DNA from: Macrostomum lignano
Taxonomy: Eukaryota
DNA length: 64,000 nucleotides
Reading direction: 5' to 3'
Assembly: GCA_002269645.1 (NCBI GenBank)
Contig: NIVC01000735.1
Coordinates: 372,001-436,000, forward strand
In this document: positions 16,819 through 30,700 of the stretch, in pieces
Layout of the letters: every line of letters starts with the position of its first letter
How positions within the stretch are numbered: the first letter of the stretch is position 1
Notes under the pieces: generated by a model
Database searches by the model: none
What the model saw: only the letters and a program-made list of their open reading frames with translations
What the model was told of the DNA's origin: nothing
Position numbers and translations under genes: made by a program

Positions 16819-17820
16819 TGTACATTTGCATGCCCGACGGTGGGACAGTCAGGGGGCCGCTCTCGCCAACCTCCACAAAGACTGACAGGTGGCCTTGATA
16901 TTTTAGCCGAATCAAATACGGGTCAAGTTGACACTCGAGATTGCATTGTGAGCCACATTAATTCTCTCAGTAGTCCACTGTCAATACTCAGTAGTAAATG
17001 CTCAGTAGTCAATACTCAGTAGTCAATGCTGTCGATACTCAGTAGTCAATACTGTCGATACTCAGTAGTCAATGCTGTCAATACTGTCAATACTCAGCAG
17101 TCAATCTGTCAACAATACTCACTGCTATATTTTCACTGTCAAGCCTACTCAAAGAGCAAAACAGACTTCATATTTATTAAGCTGTACAATCGCAAATACA
17201 CAGTTCGCGTGTGCTCAGAGTTGGGCCGCTAAGCAGCCACGAGCCAAAGGTGTGCTTATTGCCTCAGTTACCAGGGGCTGCGGGCGCAGCTTTCCCAACA
17301 GAAGTGCGGCTTCTCTTTGCTCAAGCAGAAATCTGGCCAACAGGCAATAAAAAGCAGAGGGCGTGGGAAACAGCGCCGCCCACAGTAGAGAGAAGAAAGT
17401 CAAGACACAGAAAACTGCTTATTTCAGGCCAGACATGTTCCAGTTTTAAAAGTGCATTCAAACACGTTAGGCGCCAAGACAACTTTATTTATTAACGAGT
17501 AGGCGATTTGCGAAGGCATTCTTCCAAGTGAAAATCGATAAACAGGATTAATGAATTCATGATAGCATCAAGGTTTACCAATACCAGACAGACTCAGACC
17601 AGTCTGCAGAAAAATGAAATTGATAAAAGCGAGTAAAAAATTTGTCAGCACAGCTGCTTTCAAACACGCCGCATTCTCAGGGAAACAGTAATAAATTTAT
17701 AAACAGTAATTATTCGCTCAGGTGATCTCGGTGCAAAAACAGAACGCGGAAGTGGCTGCGTGAGATGGGCGCTGCAAAATCAACAGCGACAGTTCTCGGC
17801 CCAACCAGGACCCGGCAGCC

Positions 17821-20800
17821 TCAGTAGTCAGGCAGGGGCGTCAGTAGCGTCTTCACCACCTGGCGGTAGTTCACAGAGCCCGACTGGGCCACCCCCGCCT
17901 CGCGGAGCAGGCCTTCGACTGCAGTGGCGGGAGGAGGCGGTGCTGGAACTGATGCTGGCTTGGAAATAGGGCGATTCTCCCACACCCTCCCTCATTAATC
18001 CCACACTGCACTCACACTGATCCCACACCTGCACTCACACTGATCCCACACCTGCACTCACACTGATCCCACACCGCACTCACACTGATCCCACACCGCA
18101 CTCACACTGATCCCACACCTGCACTCACACTGATCCCACACTGCACTCACACTGATCCCACACCGCACTCACACTGATCCCACACCTGAACTCACACTGA
18201 TCCCACACTGCACTCACACTGATCTCACACTGCACTCACACTGATCCCACACTGCACTCACACTGATCCCACACCTGCACTCACACTGATCCCACACCTG
18301 CACTCACACTGATCCCACACCGCACTCACACTGATCCCACACCGCACTCACACTGATCCCACACCTGCACTCACACTGATCCCACACTGCACTCACACTG
18401 ATCCCACACCGCACTCACACTGATCCCACACCTGAACTCACACTGATCCCACACTGCACTCACACTGATCTCACACTGCACTCACACTGATCCCACACCT
18501 GCACTCACACTGATCCCACACCTGCACTCACACTGATCCCACACCTGCACTCACACTGATTCCACACCGCACTCACACTGATCCCACACCTGCAATCACA
18601 CTGATCCCACACCGCACTCACACTGATCCCACACTGCACTCACACTGATCCCACACTGCACTCACACTGATCCCACACTCGCACTCACACTGATCCCACA
18701 CTGCACTCACACTGATCCCACACCGCACTCACACTGATCCCACACCCGCACTCACACTTATCCCACACCTGCAATCACACTGATCCCACACCACACTCAC
18801 ACTGATCCCACACCCGCACTCACACTGATCCCACACCTGCACTCACACTGATCCCACACCGCACTCACACTGATCCCACACCGCACTCACACTGATCCCA
18901 CACTGCACTCACACTGATCCCACACCGCACTCACACTGATCCCACACCGCACTCACACTGATCCCACACCTGCACTCACACTGATCCCACACCGCACTCA
19001 CACTGATCCCACACCGCACTCACACTGATCCCACACCGCACTCACACTGATCCCACACCCGCACTCACACTGATCCCACACCGCACTCACACTGATCCCA
19101 CACCGCACTCACACTTATCCCACACCTGCAATCACACTGATCCCACACCCGCACTCACACTGATCCCACACCGCACTCACACTGATCCCACACCGCACTC
19201 ACACTGATCCCACACCGCACTCACACTGATCCCACACCCGCACTCACACTGATCCCACACCGCACTCACACTGATCCCACACCGCACTCACACTGATCCC
19301 ACACCGCACTCACACTGATCCCACACCGCACTCACACTGATCCCACACCGCACTCACACTGATCCCACACCCGCACTCACACTGATCCCACACCGCACTC
19401 ACACTGATCCCACACCGCACTCACACTGATCCCACACCTGCACTCACACTGATCCCACACCGCACTCACACTGATCCCACACCTGCACTCACACTGATTC
19501 CACACCGCACTCACACTGATCCCACACCTGCAATCACACTGATCCCACACCGCACTCACACTGATCCCACACTGCACTCACACTGATCCCACACCTGCAC
19601 TCACACTGATCCCACACCGCACTCACACTGATCCCACACCGCACTCACACTGATCCCACACCGCACTCACACTGATCCCACACCGCACTCACACTGATCC
19701 CACACCGCACTCACACTGATCCCACACCGCACTCACACTGATCCCACACCTGCACTCACACTGATCCCACACCGCACTCACACTGATCCCACACCGCACT
19801 CACACTGATCCCACACCGCACTCACACTGATCCCACACCGCACTCACACTGATCCCACACCGCACTCACACTGATCCCACACCGCACCACACTGATCCCA
19901 CACCGCACTCACACTGATCCCACACCGCACTCACACTGATCCCACACCGCACTCACACTGATCCCACACCGCACTCACACTGATCCCACACCGCACTCAC
20001 ACTGATCCCACACCCGCACTCACACTGATCCCACACCGCACTCACACTGATCCCACACCGCACTCACACTGATCCCACACCGCACTCACACTGATCCCAC
20101 ACCGCACTCACACTGATCCCACACCGCACTCACACTGATCCCACACCGCACTCACACTGATCCCACACCGCACTCACACTGATCCCACACCGCACTCACA
20201 CTGATCCCACACCCGCACTCACACTGATCCCACACCGCACTCACACTGATCCCACACCGCACTCACACTGATCCCACACCGCACTCACACTGATCCCACA
20301 CCGCACTCACACTGATCCCACACCGCACTCACACTGATCCCACACCGCACTCACACTGATCCCACACCTGAACTCACACTGATCCCACACCGCACTCACA
20401 CTGATCCCACACCGCACTCACACTGATCCCACACCTGAACTCACACTGATCCCACACCGCACTCACACTGATCCCACACCGCACTCACACTGATCCCACA
20501 CCGCACTCACACTGATCCCACACCGCACTCACACTGATCCCACACCGCACTCACACTCTCTGGCGCTGAGCCGCTCTCCCTGGTTGCAGAGGACGCGGCG
20601 CAGCTCGCTGACGGGCACGGTGCCGCGGCCCTGGGGGTCGTACAGCTTCAGCGCCTCCATCATGTCCCGCTCGGCATTCTCGGCCCGCCGGTGCCGGTGG
20701 AGAATCTCCAGGAACTGGGGGAAGTCCAGCTCACCGGTGCTGGCCTTGCCCTCCGCCAGGTATTTCCTGGCCTCGTCTATGTGGGGCGCGAACCCCAGAC

Positions 20801-21009
20801 TGCGCATGACCAGCAGCAGCTGCTCCGCCGTGCCCACCCGGCCCTGCTTGCAGTGCAGGTAGAAGCACTCGCGGTAGGCTGATGTGAAATTGAGGAAAAA
20901 AGATCTTGGTATGTGATGGAAATTTAATTTTTCTTACTAGCATTAGCATACCAACATCTGACAAGCTTTTGCACTTACTGTCTAACTGGTCCTGTGTGAA
21001 GTGGCGCGC
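17821..21009 (-). CDS. CALML4: Calmodulin-like protein 4 (CALML4-like); ATG-containing exon not securely located
   Basis: Exons 21009-20979 (ARHFTQDQLD), 20878-20555 (TYRECFYL...MRSLGFAP...LDFPQFLEILH...ALKLYDPQGRGTV...GERLSARE), 17918-17821 (FEGLLREAGV...VNYRQVVKTLLTPLPDY-stop), phase-consistent. The ECFYL and PDY-end pattern matches CALML4 family proteins from memory. An ATG-then-intron structure is typical of calmodulin-family genes; a candidate ATG|GT lies at 23361-23357. Confidence 0.85.
17997..20554. repeat. 21-23-bp minisatellite (CACACTGATCCCACACCGCACT)n filling the last CALML4 intron
   Basis: About 2.55-kb array; on the sense (minus) strand each unit reads GTGAGTGCGGTGTGGGATCAGT. 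Confidence 0.97.
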
Positions 21010-21947
21010 CTGAAGTCAAAAAAGAAAAAATGGTGGAGCGAATTAATATTGAGTTTTCTTTATTAAACTTCATCATTATATATTTTATTATCGTTTATCT
21101 GCACCATTAGATAATTTATAGGTCAGACACATCTAAGAAAGATCTTTAATGAACATTTGGCGAAGAATAGAGATTATAATTTCAAGCTAAGAAATTTTCT
21201 ATAAGAAGGATATGGATTTTTATAGAGCATACAAGTGTAAAATTACAAAATGAAACTTTAATGCAGTATTTTTGCTACTAACTATCTCTTCTTTTATGAA
21301 GATATTTTTTATAAATTTATTGGGTGGCTTCACATTTTATGTACAAGTAATTATTAAGAAGGCTGTGGCTTCACAATTTTCTTTGCACATTTTTTATTTT
21401 GTCTAAAATAAGTTGACTTTTTTACAAGTAGCTTTGCAATTTCTTCCTTGCTGGATGCTAGATAAAGATTATAAACTCAGTTAATTAGATCATTTAACCT
21501 CATTCATTCATAGACTTAATTTTTATAACAATTTTTGACAATAACTAAACTAACTTACGCTAACTTATGCCATGTTATAATTAGCTAGTTGTTTAAGCCT
21601 AATAAAGTTTGACTCTCAATAGAAAATAATAGCCTTAGATACCTAATTTTTTAATATATCTAAGTATTTTTTGTAATTAAAATATAAATAACAATTAGGA
21701 TTAGGACATTGTAATAATCAAATTTTGTTATAAAAGAATTATTCATAAAAAACGAAATTGGAAAATATACATTTATTGATGAGACATTGAAGTTCTTCAA
21801 AACTTTAGGCACTAGGTCCCCCCCTAAGGCACTAAGACAGGAAAAAGAAAATTGTCGGAGTTATATTATAATAAAATATGATAACCAAAGTTAAACCAAA
21901 GTTAAACCAAAGTTAAAGAGCTGCAAAAATATGGTTGTACTATACAA

Positions 21948-22072
21948 ATTTTTCATCTTTTTGTGCCTTTGATATTGTACAATATCTTATATATACTGTA
22001 TATACAATACAATATACAATGTACAAATTAGAATATACAATATCAAAGGCACATAAAAAGATGAAAAATTTG
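21948..22072. mobile_element. Small hairpin/MITE-like inverted repeat
   Basis: AAATTTTTCATCTTTTTGTGCCTTTGATATTGTA versus TACAATATCAAAGGCACATAAAAAGATGAAAAATTT. Confidence 0.6.
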
Positions 22073-24752
22073 TTGGATTTTTAATGTGCTTTAAAATGTA
22101 CATAATTTATTAATTTGCATTATATATAAAAAATATGATTTTAAAAAGGCCTTAGGTTGTTCAGTTGTTTAAATTACAGATTTATTTGCAAATTCATAAT
22201 ACATGTATAAAAATCAAATATCAAAAGAAAGGGACAAAAAGTAATCCTGCGACTGTAGTTGTTTCTTTAGTTGTGTTTTTAGCTAGGCTAGAAACACTGA
22301 CAAAGCTAAAAGTAAAACTTGCGATTAAGCTTTGTAAGCCATCTGCAAATTTCGACAAAAGAGTTGAGGCTGTTGAGCGAACACAACTAACGAATCTGTG
22401 CCAAATTAGCACATATTAGCACGATCAGGTACCAATACCAAAGTAATTATAAAAACGTTATTGTTTCAAGACAGAGACAGTTAAAAACAGAGACTGAATA
22501 ACTGAAAAGTGATTCAATACTTCATGGCTGGCCGCTGGGTTAAATGAATTTGTGTATAGGCCTAATTCATCAAATATGTTGGCATCACATTGAGAGGGTG
22601 CGGCTTAATTATTGACCCTGACAATTTAATTTTCTGCTTGCAATGCAAAAGTACATTTTTTGTTTACAGTTCAGTTTTATTTTTCTTTATTGCTGCGAAC
22701 TAACTGTAATTTATGGTATTTTTTGGTTGGCTAAATAATTTTGTTTAATGCGTCAACATTTTGCAACGCCGTCAAGTACTGAACATTGAGCCTTTAAGAG
22801 TGCCAATTGATTGAACCCCAAAAGTGCCTGCGTTTATGTTTAATTGTATTAGTGGAACCAATGACAACTTTATGTTCAATAGCTCTCATTGAAAACAAGT
22901 GACAGTTATTTTGGTGCCGCTATATGTTTCCAGGGTAGGTGTATTCTATAGAGAACGTTCTAGAAACTTCCCAATTGCACACCCCGAATGACCGAATCTA
23001 TTAATGTAAATCGAAACACCCCTACTGTTCCATAACCACGAGTTTAAATTGCTACTGCACTGATAACTAATATACTACTACAACAATATACGCTCCTCCT
23101 CGTTGCCGAGCATTTGTCGTTTTGGTTATACCGATAAAGGTTCTGTTCGTTTATTTACCGAAAGATACAACAGTTATATATCTATAAACCTTTTTGCTAA
23201 TACATTCACGTAAGTTTTATAGAAATGATGTGAACTGGCACTTGCTAATAATGTTCCGTCAGTATCTTCCTATTAAGTTTTTTAAATGCTTTTAACATTC
23301 TCAAATCATCATGCTATTTGATTGGACTAGCCGTATTATTGTTCTTAACTTGTTTTACCATTTCTAAAAAGAGATGTGCAGACCTCAAGAGATGACAGTG
23401 ACTTATTTGTAAATCAATCGATAAAATACTTTGGGTGACGAATAATCCACCTTGAAAGTTACTTTTACCGTCTTTTGTGAGAATTTAAAAAGTCGAAATT
23501 TTTTATAAAAAAACTTGTTCCGTGTTGAATGTTAAGTTGTAGTAGCATCATGCTAACAATAAAAAGGTAATTATATATATATATATATGCATAGCAATAT
23601 ACGTTCGTAATATATTTATAGATAGTGTCACTGAACAGCTCAGCTAAAATTGTAGTTGCACAGTGGCGGTCAGAAGAGATCCTTATGAACAATGTAGCAG
23701 CAATAACAGAAATTGAAGCCAGCTTAAAACACTGCGAGACAAAACAGCAGAGCAGCGTGAGTGACGGCGGGGCGGTCAACAAAGGGTCCGTGCGAGCTGT
23801 ATGTGGGACAAGTGAGGGCCTGAAGATCGCGAAGGACCCAAATGGCATGAAGAAGGAACAGGATGATGCACTGGTAACAAGCAAAGAAGCAGGGAAGCGA
23901 GAGACAAAACAAAAAGCAGAGAGTGAGAGGCAAACTGAACAGATAAAACAGACGCATCAGAGGGTCGCGAGGGCGGGCCTGTGAGCACAAGCAGCAGTTG
24001 AGACAGAGCAGAATTGAGGACTAACATGATTTGCTTAATCTCTATAATTAATTTATCATTTGTCGTTGCAGACCTAAAACAAAAAATCGCACACTACCGA
24101 TATATACTACCGTAACAGCGGTGGTAGTAGTGTAGTAAGTAAATAATCGCTACAATAGACATCCGAGTAGCAAATCATAACGCAGTAAATTAATAATTGA
24201 TCGAATAGCAGAATGACTGACTGAATGTCAAAATATATCGAATACCCGCAAGACGATACACATACTCGTACGATAAGAGTTGACAATTGGATTCCGCATT
24301 CACAGATTCGGACTCGCTCCTCGAATCAATCAGACCGGCAGGCCATGCAAGCACGAAATTAACTGTGCATTGAGAATTACAAAATAAAAGACTGCCCGAC
24401 CCTCCCTAGCTAAGCTGTGAAAAGGCAGCCAAGTGAGGTTTGGTTAAGACAGATTCAGTGCAACACATACTAAATTTGGAGATTGCATGGGCTAAGGCTG
24501 TGGCATAGAGAGGCAGGGAGAAGTGCACACAGATGGCCAGTCATGGAAGAGAGGAGGCCGGGTGCACAAACTCGCTTGGCTGCTGAACAGCAAAATTAAT
24601 GCAAACAGTGGCTAAAATTTTAGGGGCCCGGAACTGCGGCGCCGCGCAGTGCGTTGAAGTACATTGGAACCCAGTGGGCGGGGCTGAGACAGGCAGGCTG
24701 GCGGGCCAGCGGACTAGACTAGCGCACTCGGGTCTGTCAATCGCCATCACCA

Positions 24753-27700
24753 TCAGACGAACACTTTAGCGAGGCCGTCGGCTCCGGCGCTGGCCATGAA
24801 ACTCTTGGACGGGTGCAGCGCCAGGGCGTGGATGGCCTCGTCAAATTTCTTTCTATGCGCGGTGATCTCCTGCATGCAGGTGCGGTCGTCCAGGCGCCAC
24901 AGCCGGATGGAGCTGTCGTGGCTGCCGGACAGCATGTACAGGCCGTTGGTGTCGATGGCCAGGCTGGTGACGCTGTCCAGGTGGGCCACCATGCTGTGCG
25001 CCAGGCCGCCCGAGTTCATGTCGTAGAACCGGATCCGCCTGTCCTCGTGCGCCGCGATGCAGACGGCCTGGGCGGGGTGCGCGATGGCCGCGTTGGCCGG
25101 CCCGGCGCCGTCTTCGCTGAGCCGCGCGATCACCTGGCCGGTCTCGGCGTCCATCAGCAGGCACTGGCCGGACTGCAGCGACACGAGCAGCTTGCCGGGG
25201 TCGGCCGGCAGGAGGCCCAGGCTGGTCGGCGAGTGCGGCAGCTGGCGGCAGCTCAACAGGCGCTGCTCGGCCGGCTGGCTGGGCCGCCAGGCGCGAAGCG
25301 TCCGATCGGCGCCGATGGAGAACAGCGTGGTGGGGGCGCCGCTGGCCGGCCTGAGGACGGATTTGACAGTAATAGACAATAACTCAATATGCGACTCCCC
25401 CATGAGCTCCTACAGCCACTGCATCGTACCCGAACCCTCCTTACCTGGAGGCGGCGAGGCCCCACACGGCGTCCTCGTGGCCGGTGAGCACGGGGCCAAC
25501 CAGGCTGGCATCGAACGGGTCGTAGGGGTCCATGGACAGCGGCGGGAGGCCCCAGACTCTGACGGTGCCGTCCAGGCCGCCAGAGAACAGCAGCTGGTCG
25601 GCGATGCAGGCGCAGAGGACGGGGCCGGCGTGGCCGCGGAAGGTGTGAATGGGCTCCAGGTCCACCGACATGCCCTTCTTGGTGGGCTGCTCGCTGGGCG
25701 CCTTGCTGACATTCCACAGCTTCAGGGTGCAGTCCTCCGAGGCCGTCACCAGCGCCGGCTCGGTGGGATGGAAGAAGAGCGACCTCACCGAGTCGAAGTG
25801 CGACCGCAGGCTGAACTTGATCGCCCAGGTGCGGCGGCACTCGGCTGTCGTGCCGGCGTCGCTCTCGTTGGCCACGGTGATGTCCTGCAGGTCGCCCAGG
25901 TTGAGCCCCAGAGCCGAGCGGAAGCCCTCCTCCTCGGAGCCGCCGCCGGACCCCGCAGCGCCGCCACCGCCGCCAGACACGGCCAGGCGGATTTCGGGAT
26001 CGTCAAGAGTGGGGTAGGGCCCTGTGGGCTCCGTCTCGGGCGGCGGTGAGCCCGCCCGGTCCGGCTCGTCCATGAAGCCGCCGGAGCCGCCGCCGCCGCT
26101 TGACCGTTTCGGAGCGCGGACCCGCTCTTTGCGGAAGTCGGCCATCTTGGAGAGGGTCTTCTCGTCCATGGCCCATTCGGACTGCTCCTGCTGGTTCACC
26201 AGGAAGTCGAACTCGGCAATTACCTGGGGATTGAGAAAAATGCAGCGAACTTATTAATAGTAGGAATAGCAAGACCCAAGCCCACTTTTAAAATGATCAT
26301 CTCAGCAGCTCTGGTGATAATAGGTTGGTAGCCACACAGCAACGGCTTCATCACCTGTTCCTCCTCAGTGACGGTAGGTCCGCCTCCGCCGCTGCTCCCA
26401 GACTCCTCGTCGCTGCCTTCATCGTCGACATTGATTCCCATGCTACTCAGTTGCTCCTCGATGGTCCGCCGACCCTTGCCGCCGCCGCCGCTGTCTTTGA
26501 CGTCCCCGGAGGCTGGGCCGGCCGGGTATGCGGCTGTGGAAGAGGCGGCAGCGGACGGGGAGCCAAGCAGCTGCTCAACTCGAGCCTGCTTGACATCCGT
26601 GATGACCTCATTGTAGCCCATCTCCTGCAGGTACTGCTTGATCACCTCCCGGCCATCCTTGCGCTTAGCCGGCTGCTGCTGCTGCAGCGCTTCGGTCAGC
26701 TCAGCAGCGGCCGGCTCGGAGACCGGCGCGCCCTCGTCCTCGGCGCCGAGGTCGGGCTTGGCAAGGTCGGCTGCGGTGAAGCCGGGCGGCTCCGTGCCGA
26801 ACTTCAGCCGGTGGAATTTCGCCCGCTCCTGCTTCAACGCGAATTCCAGCATCTTGATGCGGCGCACCAGGTCGTGCTTCAGGTTCTCCTGGCCCTTGCG
26901 CTCGCCCTGGAGGAAGGCGATACGCGCCTGGGGTGGGAAAATGCGGTTTTGTTAAGGCCTGCAGCTCCCGGAGTTGTCAAACAGCGCCATAGCTTGAGAG
27001 AATCGGCACTGGATGGCAAGGTTTGTAAACTATATCTTCGTGTTGGAAAAAATGCTGTACTACTCATTACTAGTTACCAAAAATGTAATTAGCGCTACTT
27101 CTTATCAGTAACGATCATTCATTTTTTAAAATTCTCCCATTACTTCATTACCAAAATGCTACAAGATATTGAATAATACACGTATCAAGGTACAAATAAT
27201 AAATGCACTTATTAATGACATGCAACTAACAAAGGAATGAATAAATTTGTGGTGTATTTTTATTGTTGGTTAATGGCTGGTCAGAATGGCAAAAATCTTA
27301 GTGTATATATTAAAAAAATTATTTTGTATATTTAATTTGGAAGATTTTTTGTTTAAGGTCAGGAGGGTAAAAAAGTATTTCAATGTACTTAAACTTTGCT
27401 TAAATTTCACTTTTTTGAAAATTGAGTTTAAATTAACTTTAACAAACTAAAAAATATAGAATGAAAGGCTCCTATATGTAAAAAATGTAATCCCATAGTA
27501 ACAGACTGAGCATAGTGCATCATATCAAGGGCAGTTGGCAAACAAATACATATGTAGCACAGTTGCCAAGTCAGGAAAATAATACTTTCCTTTAGGAAAA
27601 GAAACTTCAAAGCATATGAATTCATGACTATTGGCTAATATTGCCAATCTGGCTAGCAATGTTTGGATAACCCAGGTAAAAATTGCCATGTCTCCTATAG

Positions 27701-30700
27701 TGACTAGACATGGTCCAGTAGATATCATTGGTGTATCATGTATGCAAATTCCATTGATGTCGCCATTGCCATCGGAGACATGTGGGGACATTAACCGAGA
27801 CATCATGCTATGTGGAAACATGGCGAGATATCAAGATGAGGCATAATGCAAGACATAAAGAGACATTACCCAAGAACTCATTTCAATGAGACATGGTGAG
27901 ACACTGTGCAAGACATCATTCATATCCACAAGACATGGCGAGACATGACCACATAAATGACAATTTTTCTAATTATACACTGCACTAAAATACAAAAATG
28001 TATACTATGACATACTGCACTTAAGGTACATATTGTAATTAATCCTATTCATGATACTTACATAAAGACCATAGAATGATATAGAATACCAAATAGAATG
28101 AAATCCTAACTTTCAGTCCATAGAAGGGGAGTCATGTACAGGGACAGTCTACTATTGGTCTGTACTCATATTTTTAGCCTTCCCTTACTGACATACTTGC
28201 AAACTTTAATAAATACCAGGAAATTCTTTAGAAAACTGTTTCTCTAAACTGTTATCTAAATATACTAAATCAGTATACTAAATATATACATTGAGACATA
28301 AGTTAGTAATTTGAGAGTCATGAGCTACAAGTGCACATTGTATAAAACCAATGGAACACATCTATTCAAACAATTTAAGCATAATTTCCTATCCCTTCTT
28401 GCTTTCTTAACCGGGCTGGGGATTGGATATGGCAGAGTTAAACAGGGTACAAAAGTGTCACCAAGTCATGTCCCAAGATGTCTTGGAAAAAATATGTCTC
28501 GGAGTGATGTCTTGGGATGTCTTGGAGTGATGTCTCAATGTCTTAGGGCCATGTCTCGAAAAAAAGATATCTCAGGCTAATGTCTTTAAAGAGACATCCT
28601 ATATGATGTCTCCCCAACAAGTCAATAGACATGTCAACATGTCAATTGATATCTTTAGGAGGGGGTGTTGCAATGTCCTTGGGACATCTTTAATTTTTAC
28701 TTGATAAAAAAAGGAAATTAGAAATTTGTTTTCAAGACCTACTAGTAGATAATTATATAAAAATCATAGGTTACATATTTGAGTTGAAATAGTTCAACTT
28801 TGTATGAAACAATTACTTTACCAGAAATTAGTAAGGATAATTCTGCCAAGATTAACATACATAAAAGATTATGGTCCCTCTTTTGTATTTAAAATAATGT
28901 TGCTATATAACTAAACCAATTATAGCTAACTAATTAGAATTAATTAGACAAATATTTAAATCTCTATAAGACTATTTCAACTATCTGCAATCTATCCAGG
29001 TTTTTATTTATATTTTTATGTATATTACATATATTATGTATATTAGAACCAATAAAAGCTTTATCAATGCCGTATAGTTAGAAAAAAAGGCATATATGCC
29101 AGAAATTTCCTAGGTATAGTCTAGAAATTGGTATAAAAAAGTGATTTTTTTTGCTTTTGGTATACATGTTTAATATTTTGGTGATAACATATACAAAAAT
29201 TTAAAAAATATATAATAATAATAGTCATAATAGTTGCACTTGCATATTTAATTATAAAAATTGATAAATATTTAATATAAAACTGATTTCTATGTTTTTG
29301 AAATATAAAGCTTAAAAGTTTAATTAAAAATGCATAAGCCACACTCTGGATCATGTAGTATATGCCCAAAATATAGGCATGCATTGGCCTTGCATGCCAA
29401 AAATAGGTATGCACAGTTGGCATACATTACTCCTAAGAAACTAGTATGCATGCATACCTAGCATGCACTTCATAGAATCACATGGAAAAGTTATTGTGAA
29501 GTAGAAAAAAAAGCTGAAAAAAGGTTCATTTTTAGGCATAAATTTCAAGCTTTCTGGTTTTTTAAGCTTGTAATAAAGCATTTAAACAAAAAATTTACAT
29601 GTATCAATTTTTACTATAAATAATATCATTAAAAAAGCAGAAAAATTATCCAAATTATTTGCAAAAAAGGGTTCATTATGCAATGTAAAAAAGGGTCATT
29701 TATTGTCACAATATAAAAAAGGATCATTTATTGTTGCAACATTGGCATAGTTTTGAGAATGGGTATGCACTCAATATTTTTTGGCATGAATTTGTAATTA
29801 TTTGATTTTTGTTCAGGTGTACACCCATCATGATCTGGACTATGGTGCACAAGTTTAACTTTTTCATATTTTCTCCATTTGAGAAGCTATTTTAGCATGT
29901 TTGGACTATTAAAACAATAAAATTAACAACTTTGTTTTTTAGTACTTTTTCTGTCTCTTGCGTGGGGTAAAAAAGAAATGAAAGGCCTATGCCATGAGTT
30001 AAACTTGTATTTATACTAACATAGTGAACAGGTTAGCTGAAATATCTATGGTAAATTAATGGCTGGGATTGTCTATGGGGAAAAGCATGGTAGACAAAGG
30101 GAGTTGGCTAACTGAAAAGTACAAGGCTGAATTGCAAAACAAAAAGTACAAATTTTTGAAGGATGGAAATTTAACATATGTTGTCTGACATGCCATTGAT
30201 ACTTGTTGGGAGTCTATGGCCCAAAGGGATGAGTTGGTTAAAGGGGAAAGGGAAGTCTAAGCACTTAGACTTATGTTCTTGCTGGTGCTGCTAATTAATT
30301 CTTGCTAAGACTATTAACCAACCATTAAGTCTATCAACACTGCCAAGAGGCCGCCCTCAAATAGTTAGGAATCATTAAGCCATAGTCTGGAAGAGGGGTG
30401 GTACGCCGGATCAATCCGGCATATACTCATGACTTTTGGCATACACTTGGCATACAATTTTTTACTTTTTGAAATCTGGTGTACTTATCTAGCATATAAA
30501 AATGCTTATTCAAAAAGTGGCATATATGTTCCTGCAGTTGTGGAATCAAATCAAATAGTCTAAGAAAATAGTGCGCATGCAGCTAATAGTATCACGCAAG
30601 AGTTTGTGAAAAGTACAAAAAACATAAAACAAGTTCATTTTTAAGCATAAATTTCAAGGCTTCTGGGTTTTGAGAGCTTGTAATAGAAATTTAAACAAAT

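Noticed and set aside
23625-23984. 119-aa plus-strand ORF
   Set aside because: No recognisable domain or supported splice structure, and the start is non-ATG.
24796-26049. Plus-strand ORFs antisense to striatin, and similar shadow ORFs over NKRF-like and GluRS exons
   Set aside because: Typical antisense shadows of GC3-rich coding sequence.
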